A DNA stretch of 63,971 nt, the filler included, from Octopus bimaculoides (lineage: Eukaryota): NCBI RefSeq assembly GCF_001194135.2. It is 5 parts of 5 records of this genome, joined end to end, with 100 filler letters (N's around TTAATTAATTAA, not from the genome) between each part and the next. Parts side by side here need not be neighbours in the genome. Positions count along the whole stretch, not along the records: positions 41,697 to 54,844 come from NC_068981.1; positions 54,945 to 62,842 come from NC_068982.1; positions 62,943 to 63,971 come from NW_026359244.1; 2 more parts are not named here. One strand, 5' to 3'. Positions within the stretch are counted from its first letter, which is position 1; each line of letters begins with the position of its first letter. The translations under genes and the position numbers were made by a program. Below, piece after piece: positions 50,249 through 63,809 of this stretch. The notes under the pieces were generated by a model, which was not told where the DNA came from, did no database searches, and saw only the letters and a list, made by a program, of their open reading frames with translations.

Positions 50249-51618
50249 TCATATATATATATATATGCCCATATATATATACACGTATATTTATACAAAT
50301 GCACATACATATGTGTATATATATGCGTGTGTGTATATATAGACTGGATCTATCATATATATATATATATANNNNNNNNNNTATATATAGACTGGCTGAA
50401 GGATGGCCAGAAGTTGGGGTAATGGAGTAGAGGTTGAGAAATGGGGGGTGGGTGAAAAGGCAAGTTACGAAAGGCTTATGAGAAAATAAACATGTTTAAG
50501 TGTCAACTGTCTTAATTCCTTTGATGAGATCTTCCTAATTGGAATGACAAAATCACATAATTATCCAGAATAAGTTCTTTAAATGATTCAGATAAAACAT
50601 ACTACGAGATTTTATCCAAATGTCCATTGAGTATAATGGCCAGTAATATATGACATATGATGGGATTATTTTCCCTTTTGCGTAGTCGAACACTGTACCG
50701 AGTGATTCGGCTGCCGCATCGCTGTAGGTGTAGTAACACGGGTTAACACCTCATTTTAGGTTGTATGCTGCTTGGCGCCATAATCTTAACTTTGACTAGT
50801 TGACGGTGAAAGTTTGTTCTGCTCACACAAGTCCTCGCTGTGCCGTCGCTGTTGATTTCTCGACGAATGTGTGATGGTACATGCATCTTTCCAACAGTCA
50901 ATCACTAACATGGCAACTCCACTATGCATTATGCCATTATACATAAAATCGTGCATTCAGCCGGATAACTCTTCATGGAACAACCATAAAAATGTCAGCA
51001 AGTCTTTGCTTGTGTTCTTGCAGACACCTTCCTTTGTACCTTCTATGTCATGAATATTACATGCACACATACACATCACGGATGGACACTCGAAGACTCT
51101 ATTTCGCTTCACTATTTTAAGTGTCAATTTAATCTGCTGCATTGAACACATTTGTAATATACTGTTAAGAATTGTTAAAACTACAACGACTCAGACTTCT
51201 GTTATACATGGCTTCTGATTAATTTGTCCACTCTCTAAACTACTGATCATTCATTCAACTATTACAACACTTCATTCAACAGGAGGTATTGTGGAAAGTA
51301 TTGTGGGAAGTATTGACCAAGGTCGTCCTTTTTCGGCTCGAGCCGTTATCGTTAACAGACGTGTGTGAGTGAGCTAGCGGGGCTTGGTTGTAGCAGCTAC
51401 TAAGTAAGGCGCAATGGGTAGGGTGCGAGTATTGGACCAAGTACAGCTAGACAGTCGTCACAACGAGAAGGTAGATGAATCGTGTCTATTTTCCCTCGTA
51501 CAACAGTTCTTTTTCCAGTCCTTCCAGTTTCACTCAACTAGTAAAATGTCCTTCTTATTCTCCTCCTATCCTCCACTTCTTTACACTTTCTTTAAAAGCT
51601 TATCTGTTTCCTTCGACA

Positions 51619-53379
51619 ACGGCAGACACAGGAGCAAAGAAGAAATGCCAGTAATATAATGTCGAATACTTCTAATACGACTTTATTCCATCACCTCACA
51701 GCGAACAATTGACGTTTTGCCTGATATGTGAGGAGACATTCTCAACCGAAGCCATGAAGCCTTCGAGCATGAGCAAACATTTCAAGAAGTTGCATCCCAA
51801 TAAAGCCGATAAAGATGTGAGCTATTTCAAAGATTTGCGAGACAAACGTGACAAGAACAAAACTTTATATGACATGTTTGCCGCTGTGGCACATAACAAT
51901 GACGATGGCCTATGTGCTTCTTACAACATTGCTGTCCTTATTGCCAAGGCAGGCAAAGCCCATACGATTGGGGAAACTTAGATCGCTCCAGACATTCGTG
52001 ACGTTATGACAACTGTTTTGAACAAAAATCCTGGGTCTTTTTGGAAAGCTATCTCTTTGAGTAATAATACCGTACAGAGGCATATTGGCGAAATGGCTGG
52101 CGAGTCTGAACAAAATCTTTGCAACACGCAGTTTATCTTGCAACTAGTGGAATCAACTTTGCCCAACAACGAATCTCTGCTCTTGGTTTATGTACGATTC
52201 ATTCAATGCTGGAAACTATACCAAAAACAGCTGTTTACCCGCACCATGGGAACCGATACTAAAGGACACTCTGTATTTCGCACAGTTGAATTTTTGAAGC
52301 AGAAAGAAATTCCAATGAAAATCATTCTTGCAGGTGCAACAGACGGTGTGACATTTATGGTTGGGCGGTATCAAAGTTTCATCGCATTTCTCAAGCAAAC
52401 AAACCTGAACCTTATGGCCATTCACTGCATCATTTTTTGACAACATTTAGTCGCCAAAAACATCACTCCACGTATAAACGCTTCTTTGAGCACCGTGATT
52501 GCAGCTGTGAACAAAATCAAAACTCACACATTGAATTCGCGACTTTTCAAACAGTTATGTTCTGAAAATGACGGAGAATTTGAGAGGCTCTTGCTGCACA
52601 CAAAGATGCGATAGTTTTCTAAAGGAAACTGCCTTGCTCGCCTTTTCTCGCTCTTTAATTGTGTTGTGAATTTCTAGCAGTCGGTAGATTCGTCACTAGC
52701 AGAACAACTCGCAGCCATCAAGCCCCGTGTTTCCTACTTGGCTGACATTCTCGCGAAGTTCAACAACCTGAACCTCCAACAGCAAAGTGATGAAACTAAC
52801 CTCAAAATTCAAGTCCGCCATCTCTGGTTTCATTGCGAAACTGCCCTTTTAACAGCGAAATATTGCACGCAAAGACTTCAGTCAATTTCCAAGCCTTAGA
52901 GAACTGGGAGAATGCCCATCTGATGATACATTTCTCCTTTTCACAGAGCATCTCAAGAGGGCTGAAGCTGACATAAAGCTGCATTTTCAGGATTCGTCAG
53001 ATCTGGAAATTTTACCTTGGATCTTGAACTCTTTTCAGATCACAAATAAAAACATGGACGGGTCCATTAAGAGAGTACTTATTGATTTGCGAAATGATTT
53101 TGAATTGAAACCCTTTTTTAAACGGCACGCTTACCAAGAATTTTGGTTGCAGTCCACCTTTCCAGAAGAATTTCATGTATTGTGAGAAAGCTGGTTTTTA
53201 TTTCCTTTCCAACATAGTATTTAGTTGAAAGAAGTTTTAGTGTTGTGTCCCAGATTCTCAACAAGTCGAGAAATCGCCTGGATATTATGCAGAGAAGAGA
53301 CCTGCAACGTCGTCTTACATCCACGAAGTCCAATATTGAAGAACATTTGACCAAGCACCAAATTCATCCATCACATTAA
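51619..53379 (+). pseudogene. hAT transposase pseudogene, Buster/Charlie type (ZBED5/SCAND3-like)
   Basis: BED finger CLICEETFSTEAMKPS...HFKKLHP, SLSNNTVQR, ATDGVTFMVG, AIHCII, LLHTKMR*FSKG, C-terminal HQIHPSH*; many stops. Confidence 0.92.
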
Positions 53380-53529
53380 CTACATGTATGTCCATTCTTA
53401 TTGGGAAAATGCTATTCAGAACTACGTTTCTATCAACTTTACTAAGATTAGATGACGAAAAATGTCAATGTTACTTTAAGTACCTTCTTATCGCAATAAA
53501 TATGGTGTCGAACATTCTTTTAGAGAAGG

Positions 53530-53595
53530 GCGGGGCGATGGATAGGAGAAAGTATTTAAAAAGGGGCAATAGTTTGGAAAGTTTGGGAACCACTG
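53530..53595 (+). mobile_element. Right terminus of the hAT element
   Basis: GGGGCGATGG...GTTTGGGAACCACTG is the reverse complement of a Charlie-type CAGTGGTTCCCAAAC TIR; no left TIR found. Confidence 0.75.
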
Positions 53596-54189
53596 ATAGA
53601 GAGAGAGGGGGTGAAGAGATGACATTTTGTTGCCCATCGCAATGTTTGAGATCGACTCAAATGATGTTCAATTTCGATATAGTCAGTTCGATTTCTCCAG
53701 AAAATATTTGGATACAGCCGTTAGTTCTAAATACTAAACAGGTAGCACAATATTTTCCCTCTTATATACAACGTATAGATCTTTGAAGTAAAGCACAGCA
53801 GGATTTATGCAATGAAGGGGCTGGTAATGTCGGGTTATGTAGCTAGCTAATGAGATAAAGTGCAACGTGTGGTGCAAACAGTGGGAGCGGTGTGAGGTAA
53901 GCTCGCTTCTATTAAGTAAAGTTTGAAAAATCGAGGATAAGATGTACTTTATATCAACAGAGAGAATATGTTTCGCCTGTGATATTGTGTTCTAAGTATA
54001 GCAACGGTAAACTACACATAATACAAGTTTACATATATATGTATGAGAGCGGTAATCTTTTAGGGTCTTAGAGAACTTATATATATAATCTTTGCAGTAC
54101 ATATCACAATCCTGCAAAACGTAAGCAGCGAGCTTGCTCCAGAGAGATTGTCAAACTGAACAACCAAAAGATTCAAGAATGAACAGGCA

Positions 54190-54470
54190 CTGAAAGTGAA
54201 TGCAAATATGAGCTGCAAAACAAGAACGCAACGAGAATTACTTCGGAGAAACAGGAGCAAAACTATGAAAACTGTGTGAATATGCTCAAAGGGCAAATTA
54301 CAGTTCCATCGCTTAGAAATACTTCATGCTGTAAACATCTAGACATTTCTGCAAATGGAAAATTTTAAATACTTCCTTTATACAAAATAAATGAAATAAA
54401 ATGTTCGTCTGCGAGAAGCACAAGAAAACTTCTTATTAAGAATTCTAAATTTGGAACTAAACCGAAAGTA
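54190..54470 (+). pseudogene. Penelope-like GIY-YIG C-terminal fragment
   Basis: KVNANMSCKT, ENYFGETG, KHLDISANGKF*ILPLYKI, RLREAQENFLL...ELN. Confidence 0.7.
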
Positions 54471-54800
54471 TTGAGTCCCATTGCTTGAAACAGCTTCTTC
54501 TATACACGTTCACCAAGACTATGTGCATCTTAAAATTTGAAATCGAAAGCTCTCTCACAAAAGACGCATAAAATATGAAAACTTCTTTCTCAAAAATCCG
54601 TGATATTCTAATTTTTGACTCATTATATGCTTCTATGTATGCGTGTATGAGTGTGAATGTACGTATATGTATATGTGGATATATCTGCACGTATATATAC
54701 GTATATATATGCATATACAATTATATATACAAATATATGTGTCCGTATGTATGTATATACATATATACACACACATTTAAGAATTTGTTTTGCAACATTC

Positions 54801-54844
<44 letters not shown>

Positions 54845-54944
54845 NNNNNNNNNNNNNNNNNNNNNNNNNNNNNNNNNNNNNNNNNNNNTTAATTAATTAA
54901 NNNNNNNNNNNNNNNNNNNNNNNNNNNNNNNNNNNNNNNNNNNN

Positions 54945-55010
<66 letters not shown>

Positions 55011-55506
55011 TCATGTATATATGAATATATATACATATTCATGTATATATGTATATATACATATGTATATATACATATTCATGTGTATACATACACATGT
55101 AAAGTCTATGTTTATTTACACATTTACAATTACACACACTTACACATATATAATCTATATTTATATAGGTCTCCCAATAAATAAATAAATCCATGCCTAC
55201 CTATTTATGCATACACACAAATATACATAAGTGCATGCACACAAATATACATTGGTGCATACATACATGTTTATATATAAATCAATATAATCTTACATGC
55301 ACTTATCAATATATCTATCTATGTATCAGAATATTTTATATATGTATATATATTTATATATGTAAATAATATATACCTTTGTGAATGTTTGCATAAATAT
55401 GGTTGCATTTATGCACATATATATATGTATATATATATGCATGTGCATGGTCTGTGTGTGTGTATATATTTGTATATGTATGTATATATATATACATACA
55501 TATATA

Positions 55507-55543
<37 letters not shown>

Positions 55544-58500
55544 ATGCGTCTAGTTTTATTTCATGCACAAGGTAGTCATTTTCTATGCTGTGTGAATCAT
55601 TGATTATTTTCTGTATTAAACAAGAAAATAAAAAAAATATATAAAAATGATAATAAAACAAAAGCATTCTTTTAATGGGAAGACTTCCTCTTCACTTTGA
55701 TGTAGCAGCGACATAAGCAACAACAACAAAAACTGCAAAACAAACAAACAAACACATAAAACTATGCTAGAACAAAACAAAAAAAAATAACTTCACCGAC
55801 TTCTATGCAAGCTTTCGATCATAACTTTTAAATGAGGGGGAAAAATAGATAATTATTTATTTACTCTCAAATCCTCAGTTACAGTAAAAATATTGCTGTT
55901 TTTCCTTTCTTTTATGCATCTGATAATCTGAGATTCTAATTTTATCAAGAACTACTGGTTTCTTATAGCTCAAGAGATTATATAGCTTGTTTATAATTGC
56001 AAAAGTTAAAACAAAAATATTATCTTGATATTGATGGCCTTCTAAAGTTGATATAGGCAGCAGTTTAAGGCGCTCGACGACCAGCTCATGACTATTCGTA
56101 TACATATATATCAGAGACATTTTATATTATTGATCCAACGTCGGAATCTCCACATAGTCGCTTGGCTTAACAGAATGAGAAGCCAAATCTTCTTCAAATC
56201 CAACACTATTGCATTTAAAAAAAATGATAGTAACAGTTACATTGGATAACGAATGAGAGTCTTACATACACCATGTCTGTAAAAAGATGTGTTGTTCATG
56301 GTTAGTAAGCCTTTGGTCGTAGCTCAGCTCATTTAAGCCTGACTTTGGAATAAACGACAGCCATAACAACACTAAGAACAACAATAACACTTCATATTAT
56401 CATACCAAATGTGGTTGGAAATAAGTATCCTTACTTTTCAGGAATATTCCCTACAACAGTGGAATAATTTTTCTGGTCCATTTGATAATTCAGAACTCAT
56501 AACTAAATATTGACTTTATGAACATCTGTGTCTGATGCTATGGAAACTTTTTACCATTATCATATTGATTGTTATAGCTACAATTGCTGTAATTAGCCAA
56601 TAGTGAAGGTATATGCTCACAGTGATCTGGAGCCACATGCTGATTGTTTCTCATAGCTGCCATTTTACTTTTTATAAAAGCATTAGTAAACAATAATCTC
56701 ATCAGATATCTGAGTCTCAAAAGGGAAATCTTTATAAGTTTAAACCATAATGTATGTACTGTTGCCCAGAAGGAAGATGTAACAGAGTTACAAAAGATAT
56801 TTATGTGCTCAACTATTAACAGTTGGGGGGTCCATTATCGAAGCTGACTCCAAAGACGGCTTCAACAAGAGTGATCCAGATTCTAATGGCCAGCTACTGG
56901 AAGCTTCTATTTAAAATGTAAGTATTAACAGCAGGTCTGTAGCAGGTATTTGCCATCAAGAAGTTGCTTGACTTTATGTATAAACCTCTTTTATCGGCTC
57001 TGAGTGGTGTACATTTTGTCAAACACTACAGTTGAAATAATCTATCTCCTATATTGTTGGTGATATGTTTGGTTTTGTTTTTGGAGGAGGGGGAAAGCTT
57101 TCTCTTAAACAGCTGTCATGTTGAACCAATGAGGAAGCTTCTATATAGTTAATCTACAAATAAGAAAAAATGTCTCTCTCGTGTCACATCCTACTGTCTC
57201 ATAAAAAGAAAGACACACTGGAAATTGTATACCTGATAAATAATAAGATAAGAAGGTCACGGCTGGCATGCTTTTGATCGTAGGTTTCCTAATTAGGGGT
57301 GATCTGGATCTAAAAATAATAATAATAAATAGCTGTTATGTTAGTGGTTGAAACTAAAGGTAAAACTACTTTCCTGCTCCACAAACATCAAGAAGGGAAA
57401 CCTCTACACTATGTTCTTGAAAAGATTGAGATAACAATGGATGGAATGTGATCAAGAGCCTTCTTGATCCGAGCTGACTTGGTAATGAATAACAACAAAA
57501 GTTATGATCAAGAATTGGATAGAATCATGTTTGCTGTTGTGACTATGTGAAACATTATTTTTCTACAAGTGAACTCAGATGCTTTTAACAAAAGTCTTCT
57601 TTTCAATCATTTTGCCATGAGTAGGCTTCCATAGCAATAGCTGATGTTCTCCTTCATCTTTGCTTCTCCAACAGTGACCAGCAAACCTTAATATGAAACG
57701 TTAAAGGAAGATAAATAGCTATTGATTGTGATTCTTTACAACTGTATTTCCATTACAGATGAGCAAGTATATTGATTGATCCATACTATCAGCTTGCTGT
57801 CAATATTAACAACCAGAATTTAAAGCTCGTTCATCATTACTAAGGTTCTTAAAGTCTTAAAATGTAGATTAAGGATCGATTGGTTCCTTTGTTCCAGAGA
57901 GGACCAATATTTTCTCTTTGTTCACAAAAATGTCATACTTAAGTCATATTCACAGCCATTCTAACTCACTTAGGAATAATATCAAATTTTAAATCCATGC
58001 CTATGTGAAAGATTATTATTATTATTATCATTATTGTTGTTGTTGTTGATCTACTGAGACGTATTGCACACAGCCCTCGGAAGTTAGTTGTTATTTATAT
58101 TGTTACACAGTTATACATTGAACATTTGTTATTGTTATATAGATAACCTAACCAGGACCTTAGGGGGCTGGTTAGTTTTTCTCCATCTTTTGCCCTTAAG
58201 GGACTCAATTTTTGTTTAAAAAGGTAAGAATGCGGACGAGGATTGTTTGTCTGTTGAAAAGAACAGCCAGTTATCTGCAGAACAGAACATCCAAATTGTA
58301 AAAGACAGTAACAACCTCAACAGCAACAACAACAACACAACACGGGAAATGTATGAAAGTAACTTTCTGCTATTAAAAATTTCAGCACCGCCATCACAGG
58401 AANNNNNNNNNNAAAAAAAAAAAAAAAAAAAGACCAAGGAAAACAAAAAACAAAACAACACTAGCAAGAACACTGCCACCTGCACCACTACCACTGCCAG

Positions 58501-58699
58501 TTTCAATAGAAAAGTCACTGCCATCAACATCATTAACAAAATAACTAGAATGAAAAAAAAAAAAATGAACTGTGTAAATATGCTGTTAGTGGGTTTGCTG
58601 ACACGACATGGCAAATAATTGAAAACTATTTATAAATGTAAAAGAATTTAAAAGTGCAAAATGTATGTTGGAGAAATGTGGCACTGAATGTTCCTAGAT

Positions 58700-58793
58700 C
58701 TTTGGTGGAATTTAAACCCAGAATGTAAAGATGGGTGAAATGCCGCTAAGTGTTTTGCCGAGTGTGCTAACAATTCTGCCATATCACCACCCA
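58700..58793 (-). mobile_element. SINE family A head fragment
   Basis: Reverse complement reads GGTGGTGATATGGCAGAATTGTTAGCACACTCGGC...GGGTTTAAATTCCACC. Confidence 0.7.
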
Positions 58794-58823
<30 letters not shown>

Positions 58824-58825
<2 letters not shown>

Positions 58826-59370
58826 TGGTATAGTACCAGGCACTGGCTCTCATGGCTTCTGATCTTAACTAATTGGAAGTGTTATCATGTACAGGTTTTG
58901 TCTTGGTATAAAAGATGGGTTACAGCAAATATTCTGCTCAATACCACAGATTTGCTTGTCATTTGTTTCACCTTAACCAGCTGAGCATGTCCCTTGGTGG
59001 CTGAGGATAAGTGCATCTCTGATCATGAGCAAAAATAGGGAGGGGAGCATCATAACATTGTGTTGAGAGGAATTCTTTGGGGTTTGACCTTGGGAAACAT
59101 GGGTGTTTCATTCAACATCCTTAAATAACCCTTATTCAGAGTCCTTTTGAGCGGGACAGGCTACTCGACCTGAAGAAAAAATTGTAACTGGGTCCCATCT
59201 GCAAGGTAATGCGCTGTTTATCCTGGTATGAGATCCATCATGTCGCGCACATATAGTTGTGATGCATAAGCTTGGTATACCCTTATCAGACGGGTAGTCA
59301 TGATGGGTACATTGAGCTTCGTGTATTTTACCCTAATGTCACTTTGATGGCATGCACTGCTCTCTCACTC
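58824..59370 (+). mobile_element. Non-coding retroposon family D (~547 bp), flanked by (AAT)n on both sides
   Basis: Second, 5'-truncated copy at 27474-27765; no A/B boxes or ORF seen; ends CTCTCTCACTC(AAT)n. Confidence 0.85.
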
Positions 59371-59410
59371 AATAATAATAATAATAATAATAATAATGAT
59401 AATAGTAATG

Positions 59411-59447
<37 letters not shown>

Positions 59448-60218
59448 GGAATAACCTGAAGACAGGGACAGAAGCACTCATATGCACAGCTCAAGAACAA
59501 GCATTAAGGACCAACTATGTGAAGTTCAGAATAGACAACACTACCGACAGCAACAAACGCAGAATGTGTGGTGAGAGGGATGAAGTGGAATGCCATGTCG
59601 TTAGCGAATGCCTGAAATTAACACATCACGAATACAAAAGACGACATGACAATATAGCAAAAATGATCCCTTGGAAGCTCTATGGAAATCACGGCCTACG
59701 AAGAGCAAAGACGTGGTATGAGAAAACTCCAGAAGGAGTCACTGAGAATGAGAATTGCAAAATCCTGTGAGATGCAATGCTCCAGTGCGATCACTTTACC
59801 AAACATCGGAAACCGGACAATGTTGTGGGGGGATAAAAAAGAAAGAACATGCCTGATATTGGACATAGCATGTCCCTGTGACAACAGAATCAAAGAGAAA
59901 TAAGATAAAATAAACAACTATGACGATTTGAAGTGGGAAATACGAAGGTTGTGGTCAATGAGGAGAGTAGACGTGATACCAATTGTAATTGGCGCACTTG
60001 GAAGTATCAGAACTCATCTACCATCATGGCTGAAAAAAGATTGATACAAGTGTGAAGGTAGAACACCAACAAAAATCAGCATTGCTTGGAACTGCAAGAA
60101 TTCTCCGCAGGGTTCTTGAAGCATGACCAGTAAACAAGTGTCACCTTAGTCTACTGGCTGTGGACAGCTGACTTCCATCATACTCAGCAAAATAAGGTGT
60201 GAGGTTTTTTTTTATCAC

Positions 60219-60219
<1 letters not shown>
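59448..60219 (+). mobile_element. R4/Dong-type LINE 3' fragment (zinc knuckle, REL endonuclease, 3' UTR)
   Basis: TEALICTAQEQALRTN, RMCGERDE..CHVVSEC, RRHD, RKPDNV..DKKERTCLILDIACPCD, VIPIVIGALG; (TAA)n on both sides. Confidence 0.92.
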
Positions 60220-60261
<42 letters not shown>

Positions 60262-60276
60262 TGATGATGATATGCT

Positions 60277-60750
60277 CGGAGACCAGACATTGTTATAGTA
60301 GATAAAAGGAAGAAAGAAACTAAGATTATAGCTTTTGCCATAGCTGGGGACGCACGAGTAGGTAACAAAGAGCTAGAAAAGGTAGTAAAAAACCGAAGTT
60401 ACTGAAAGACGAAATTGCGAAAATGTTGTCAATGGAAAAAATAACTCTCATCCCAGAAGTTGTGGGGGGCACTGGGATCACTAACAATCAAGTTTGAGAA
60501 ATATGTCTCAGGAATTGGAATTGACATGAGGGTAGAACATGCTAAAAAAAGAACCTACTCTATAAAGGGTAGAGAAGATTTTGAGAGTTGTACTTGGGTG
60601 TTAAGTATCTTCCACAATATTTAACATCTTGGTATCAAGTCTTATAATTTGCAGAAAGAGACCCTGTAAGACCTACGTCAACAGGTTGCTGTCCGCTCTC
60701 ATAGAATTAACTGGTGCAAGTAAGATCAAGAGCTATGAGATGAGAAAATT
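60277..60750 (+). mobile_element. Second R4/Dong-type REL 3' fragment, diverged
   Basis: RPDIVIVDKRKKETKII.FAIAGD, VVGALG; followed by a UTR and (AAC/AAT)n. Confidence 0.85.
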
Positions 60751-60825
60751 TAACAACAACAACAACAATAACAATAATAATAATAATAATGATAATGATA
60801 ATAATAATGATAATAATAATAGTAA

Positions 60826-62470
60826 TATGGACAAACAATAAACCATCTGCTGTACAGGGATGATTTAAAAATTTTCACTAAAAAGACCACGGAATAGAGA
60901 AACCTTCCAAAAATTGTCCATAGTTTCAGAAAGGACGTCGGGATGAACATGGAGCTGGACAAATGTGCCAAAATAACACTGAGAGGAGGCAAAATAATAA
61001 GCACTGAAAACACTGCACTCAACATAGACTAAAAAATGAGAGAATTAGACCACAATCGCCCAATCCAGGATTAGTCAATCAGCTAAAATACAACACACAG
61101 AAATGAAAGATAAAATTAGGAGACAGTATTACAGAAGAGTTAGACTGATATAAAACACTGAACTCAATGCTAAAAATAAGATGATAGGGATAAATACGCT
61201 TGTCATACCAGTCATAAATTACAGCTTCGACATATTAAACTGGAAGAACAGTGAATTGAGAAATTTAGATAGAAAAACCAGAAAACTATCAATAGCGTAC
61301 CGATGTTGCCACCTCAAAACAGACGCAGACAGAATATATCTATCCCACTCAGAAGGCCTGGCACAAATAGAGAACTACTATAAAATAACAACAGTTGAAC
61401 TAGAAAAGTACTTAGAGACAAAAAGTGGAAGACTATTACATGTAACAGAGCAATACGAGGAAAAGAAAGCAATTTTCTCTATACACAATGAGGTGACAAA
61501 ATACAGAACAGAAACAAACTACACTGATACACTGATCTCAGATGATCCGTTTGTCTGTCCTTGTTTGTCCCCTCTGTGTGTAGCCCCTTGTGGGCAGTAA
61601 AGAAATAAGAAATGGTCAGAGAGAGAAAAAAAAAAAAAGAAAACTGAAAAGAAAGAATGAAAACAGAACCACAAAACACACTAAAGAAGAAATGGAGAGA
61701 AAAATCACCCATGGCTAATACCCTGCATGGCTTCACAAAGAAGTAAGCCTAAGCAAAAGCCAACAACGGCTCCAAAGCTCTGGATTAAAACGGAAGGACT
61801 GATTCTCGCTGCACAAGACCAGTGCCCAACTACAAGCAGCTATAAAAGCAAAATAATGAAAACAGTCCCCAACACCAAATGCAGAATGTGCAACCAGTAC
61901 AATGAAACAGTTGACTCTGTTATCACATGTTGTCCAGTCCTTGCCAAATCCAAATATATACACACAGACTTGATCGAGTAAATAGTTACATCCACTGGAC
62001 AATATGTCAACACTGCAACATAAAAACTAACAATAAATGGTATAAACATATGGCAAAAAAGGTACATGAGAACGACTAGGTCACAATCATCTGGGTTATG
62101 TCTGTCCAAACTGACAAAATAAATAAATAAATAAGATATAATAATCAAGGATTGGAAAAAAAAATACCTGCTTACTAAAAGACACTGCAGTTCCTTCTGA
62201 CCAAAATATTGCCCCAAAAAAGAAGTGGAGAAATTGCCAAAATACAAAGCCCTCGAAATTGAAATATTCAAGATGTGGGGCATGAAGGTGAAAACAATAC
62301 CATTAATAATTAGAGCATCAGGCAAATGAAAAAAATATATATGAATAAAAACGTAGGAGCTATACCTGGATCCTCAACACTACACACTATCTAAAAAGTA
62401 GGCCTGCTAGGAATAGCCCGCATCCTACGCAAAGACGCGATAAATTCAATAATACAACCCAAATAAAACA
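60826..62470 (+). mobile_element. Third R4/Dong-type fragment: RT C-half, zinc knuckle, decayed REL
   Basis: HLLYRDDLKIF, LDKCAKI, INTLVIPVINYSF, LDRKTRK, TEGLILAAQDQ, KCRMCNQYNETV, GLLGIARILRK. Confidence 0.9.
61546..61609 (+). mobile_element. Isolated SINE alternative-tail fragment inserted in the LINE
   Basis: TTTGTCTGTCCTTGTTTGTCCCCTCT...GCCCCTTGTGGGCAGTAAAGAAATAAG matches the reverse complement of 47150-47210. Confidence 0.8.
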
Positions 62471-63774
62471 ATCCGCAAACATAAGACACTCTATATAGCA
62501 AATATCCAATAACATAAACGACCACCAGCAGACTGGATACACATAAAACACATAATACAAATATTAATACAACAAAAGATTGCACCAGGTCCAGTAACAA
62601 AAGAAACTGACGCAATACAATACCGGGAAGAGTTTTGCACTCACCCAAGAGCAAAAATGAACACAATGCTGCACACACCACAGCAACACGGAGGTGCAGC
62701 GTGATGCAGTAGTAACTACTACTACTACTACTGCTACTGCTGCTGCTGCTACTGCTGCTGCTGTTACTATGACGATGACGGCGACGGCAACGAGAGGGGC
62801 ACTCATGATCGCTTTTGGTATTGCTTTTGTTACATGCAAAATNNNNNNNNNNNNNNNNNNNNNNNNNNNNNNNNNNNNNNNNNNNNTTAATTAATTAANN
62901 NNNNNNNNNNNNNNNNNNNNNNNNNNNNNNNNNNNNNNNNNNTATATGTGCATTCAAACATATACTTACACAAGTACACTTATCTCATATATTCACGCAT
63001 ACACATACATATACGTATACTCACAGGCATACTTATACACGCACATACATACATGCATATACGCATACGTATACATAAATACGTACATCCATCCATAGAT
63101 ACATACACATATTCATACGCATATTCATTCGCACAGCAACAGCAGTGAAAAGAAAAAAAAAAAGAGAACAAAAACAGAAGTAACGCGACCAAATAACAAC
63201 AGCAACAACAAGAACAATACCAACAAACAATCAAGCAACATAAACGAAACAAACATATACAAACTAATGCGGAAACGCACGACCATAACATACACACACA
63301 CAAAAATAGATATACAAACACATAAACACACAAGCACACACTCCCCCTCTCTCTCTCTCTTTCTCTCTATCTATCTGTCTTTCTCTTGCAACCACACACA
63401 CACACACACACAGACACACACACACGGGTCGTAAAATAATTACATATGACCACTTTGTAGTGATGTTTTATTGATAATCGAAAATTGCATTTTTTCCTTT
63501 GAAGATTTTGCATTGGTCCCGAGGAAATGCTGGCTTTAATACCTAAAAAGAATACAACTTTTTTTTTTTTTTTTTTTGGCTTGCATCGTAATATCAATTA
63601 CATTCTGCAAACTTTCGAAAAACATTACCTACAAATTTGGCTCTAATAGGGAGCAACAGCTGCTATGTCGAAACTTATATATATTTCTAACCAGTTTTTG
63701 CATCTTGTTTTCTTGCGCTCATTCTTTTAATATATCGTTTGTTTGTTTGTTTATCATCATCATCATTATTATTA

Positions 63775-63809
<35 letters not shown>

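Noticed and set aside
50690-50900. Merlin/IS1016-like transposase remnants (WR..LTV..AHT..FLDE)
   Set aside because: Motifs require large unverified deletions; could be chance.
55700-58620. Host gene exons in the less repetitive 55.7-58.6 kb stretch, including ORFs 58216..58614 and 58247..58618
   Set aside because: Low-complexity A/C-rich translations spanning a gap; no domain or consistent splice structure.
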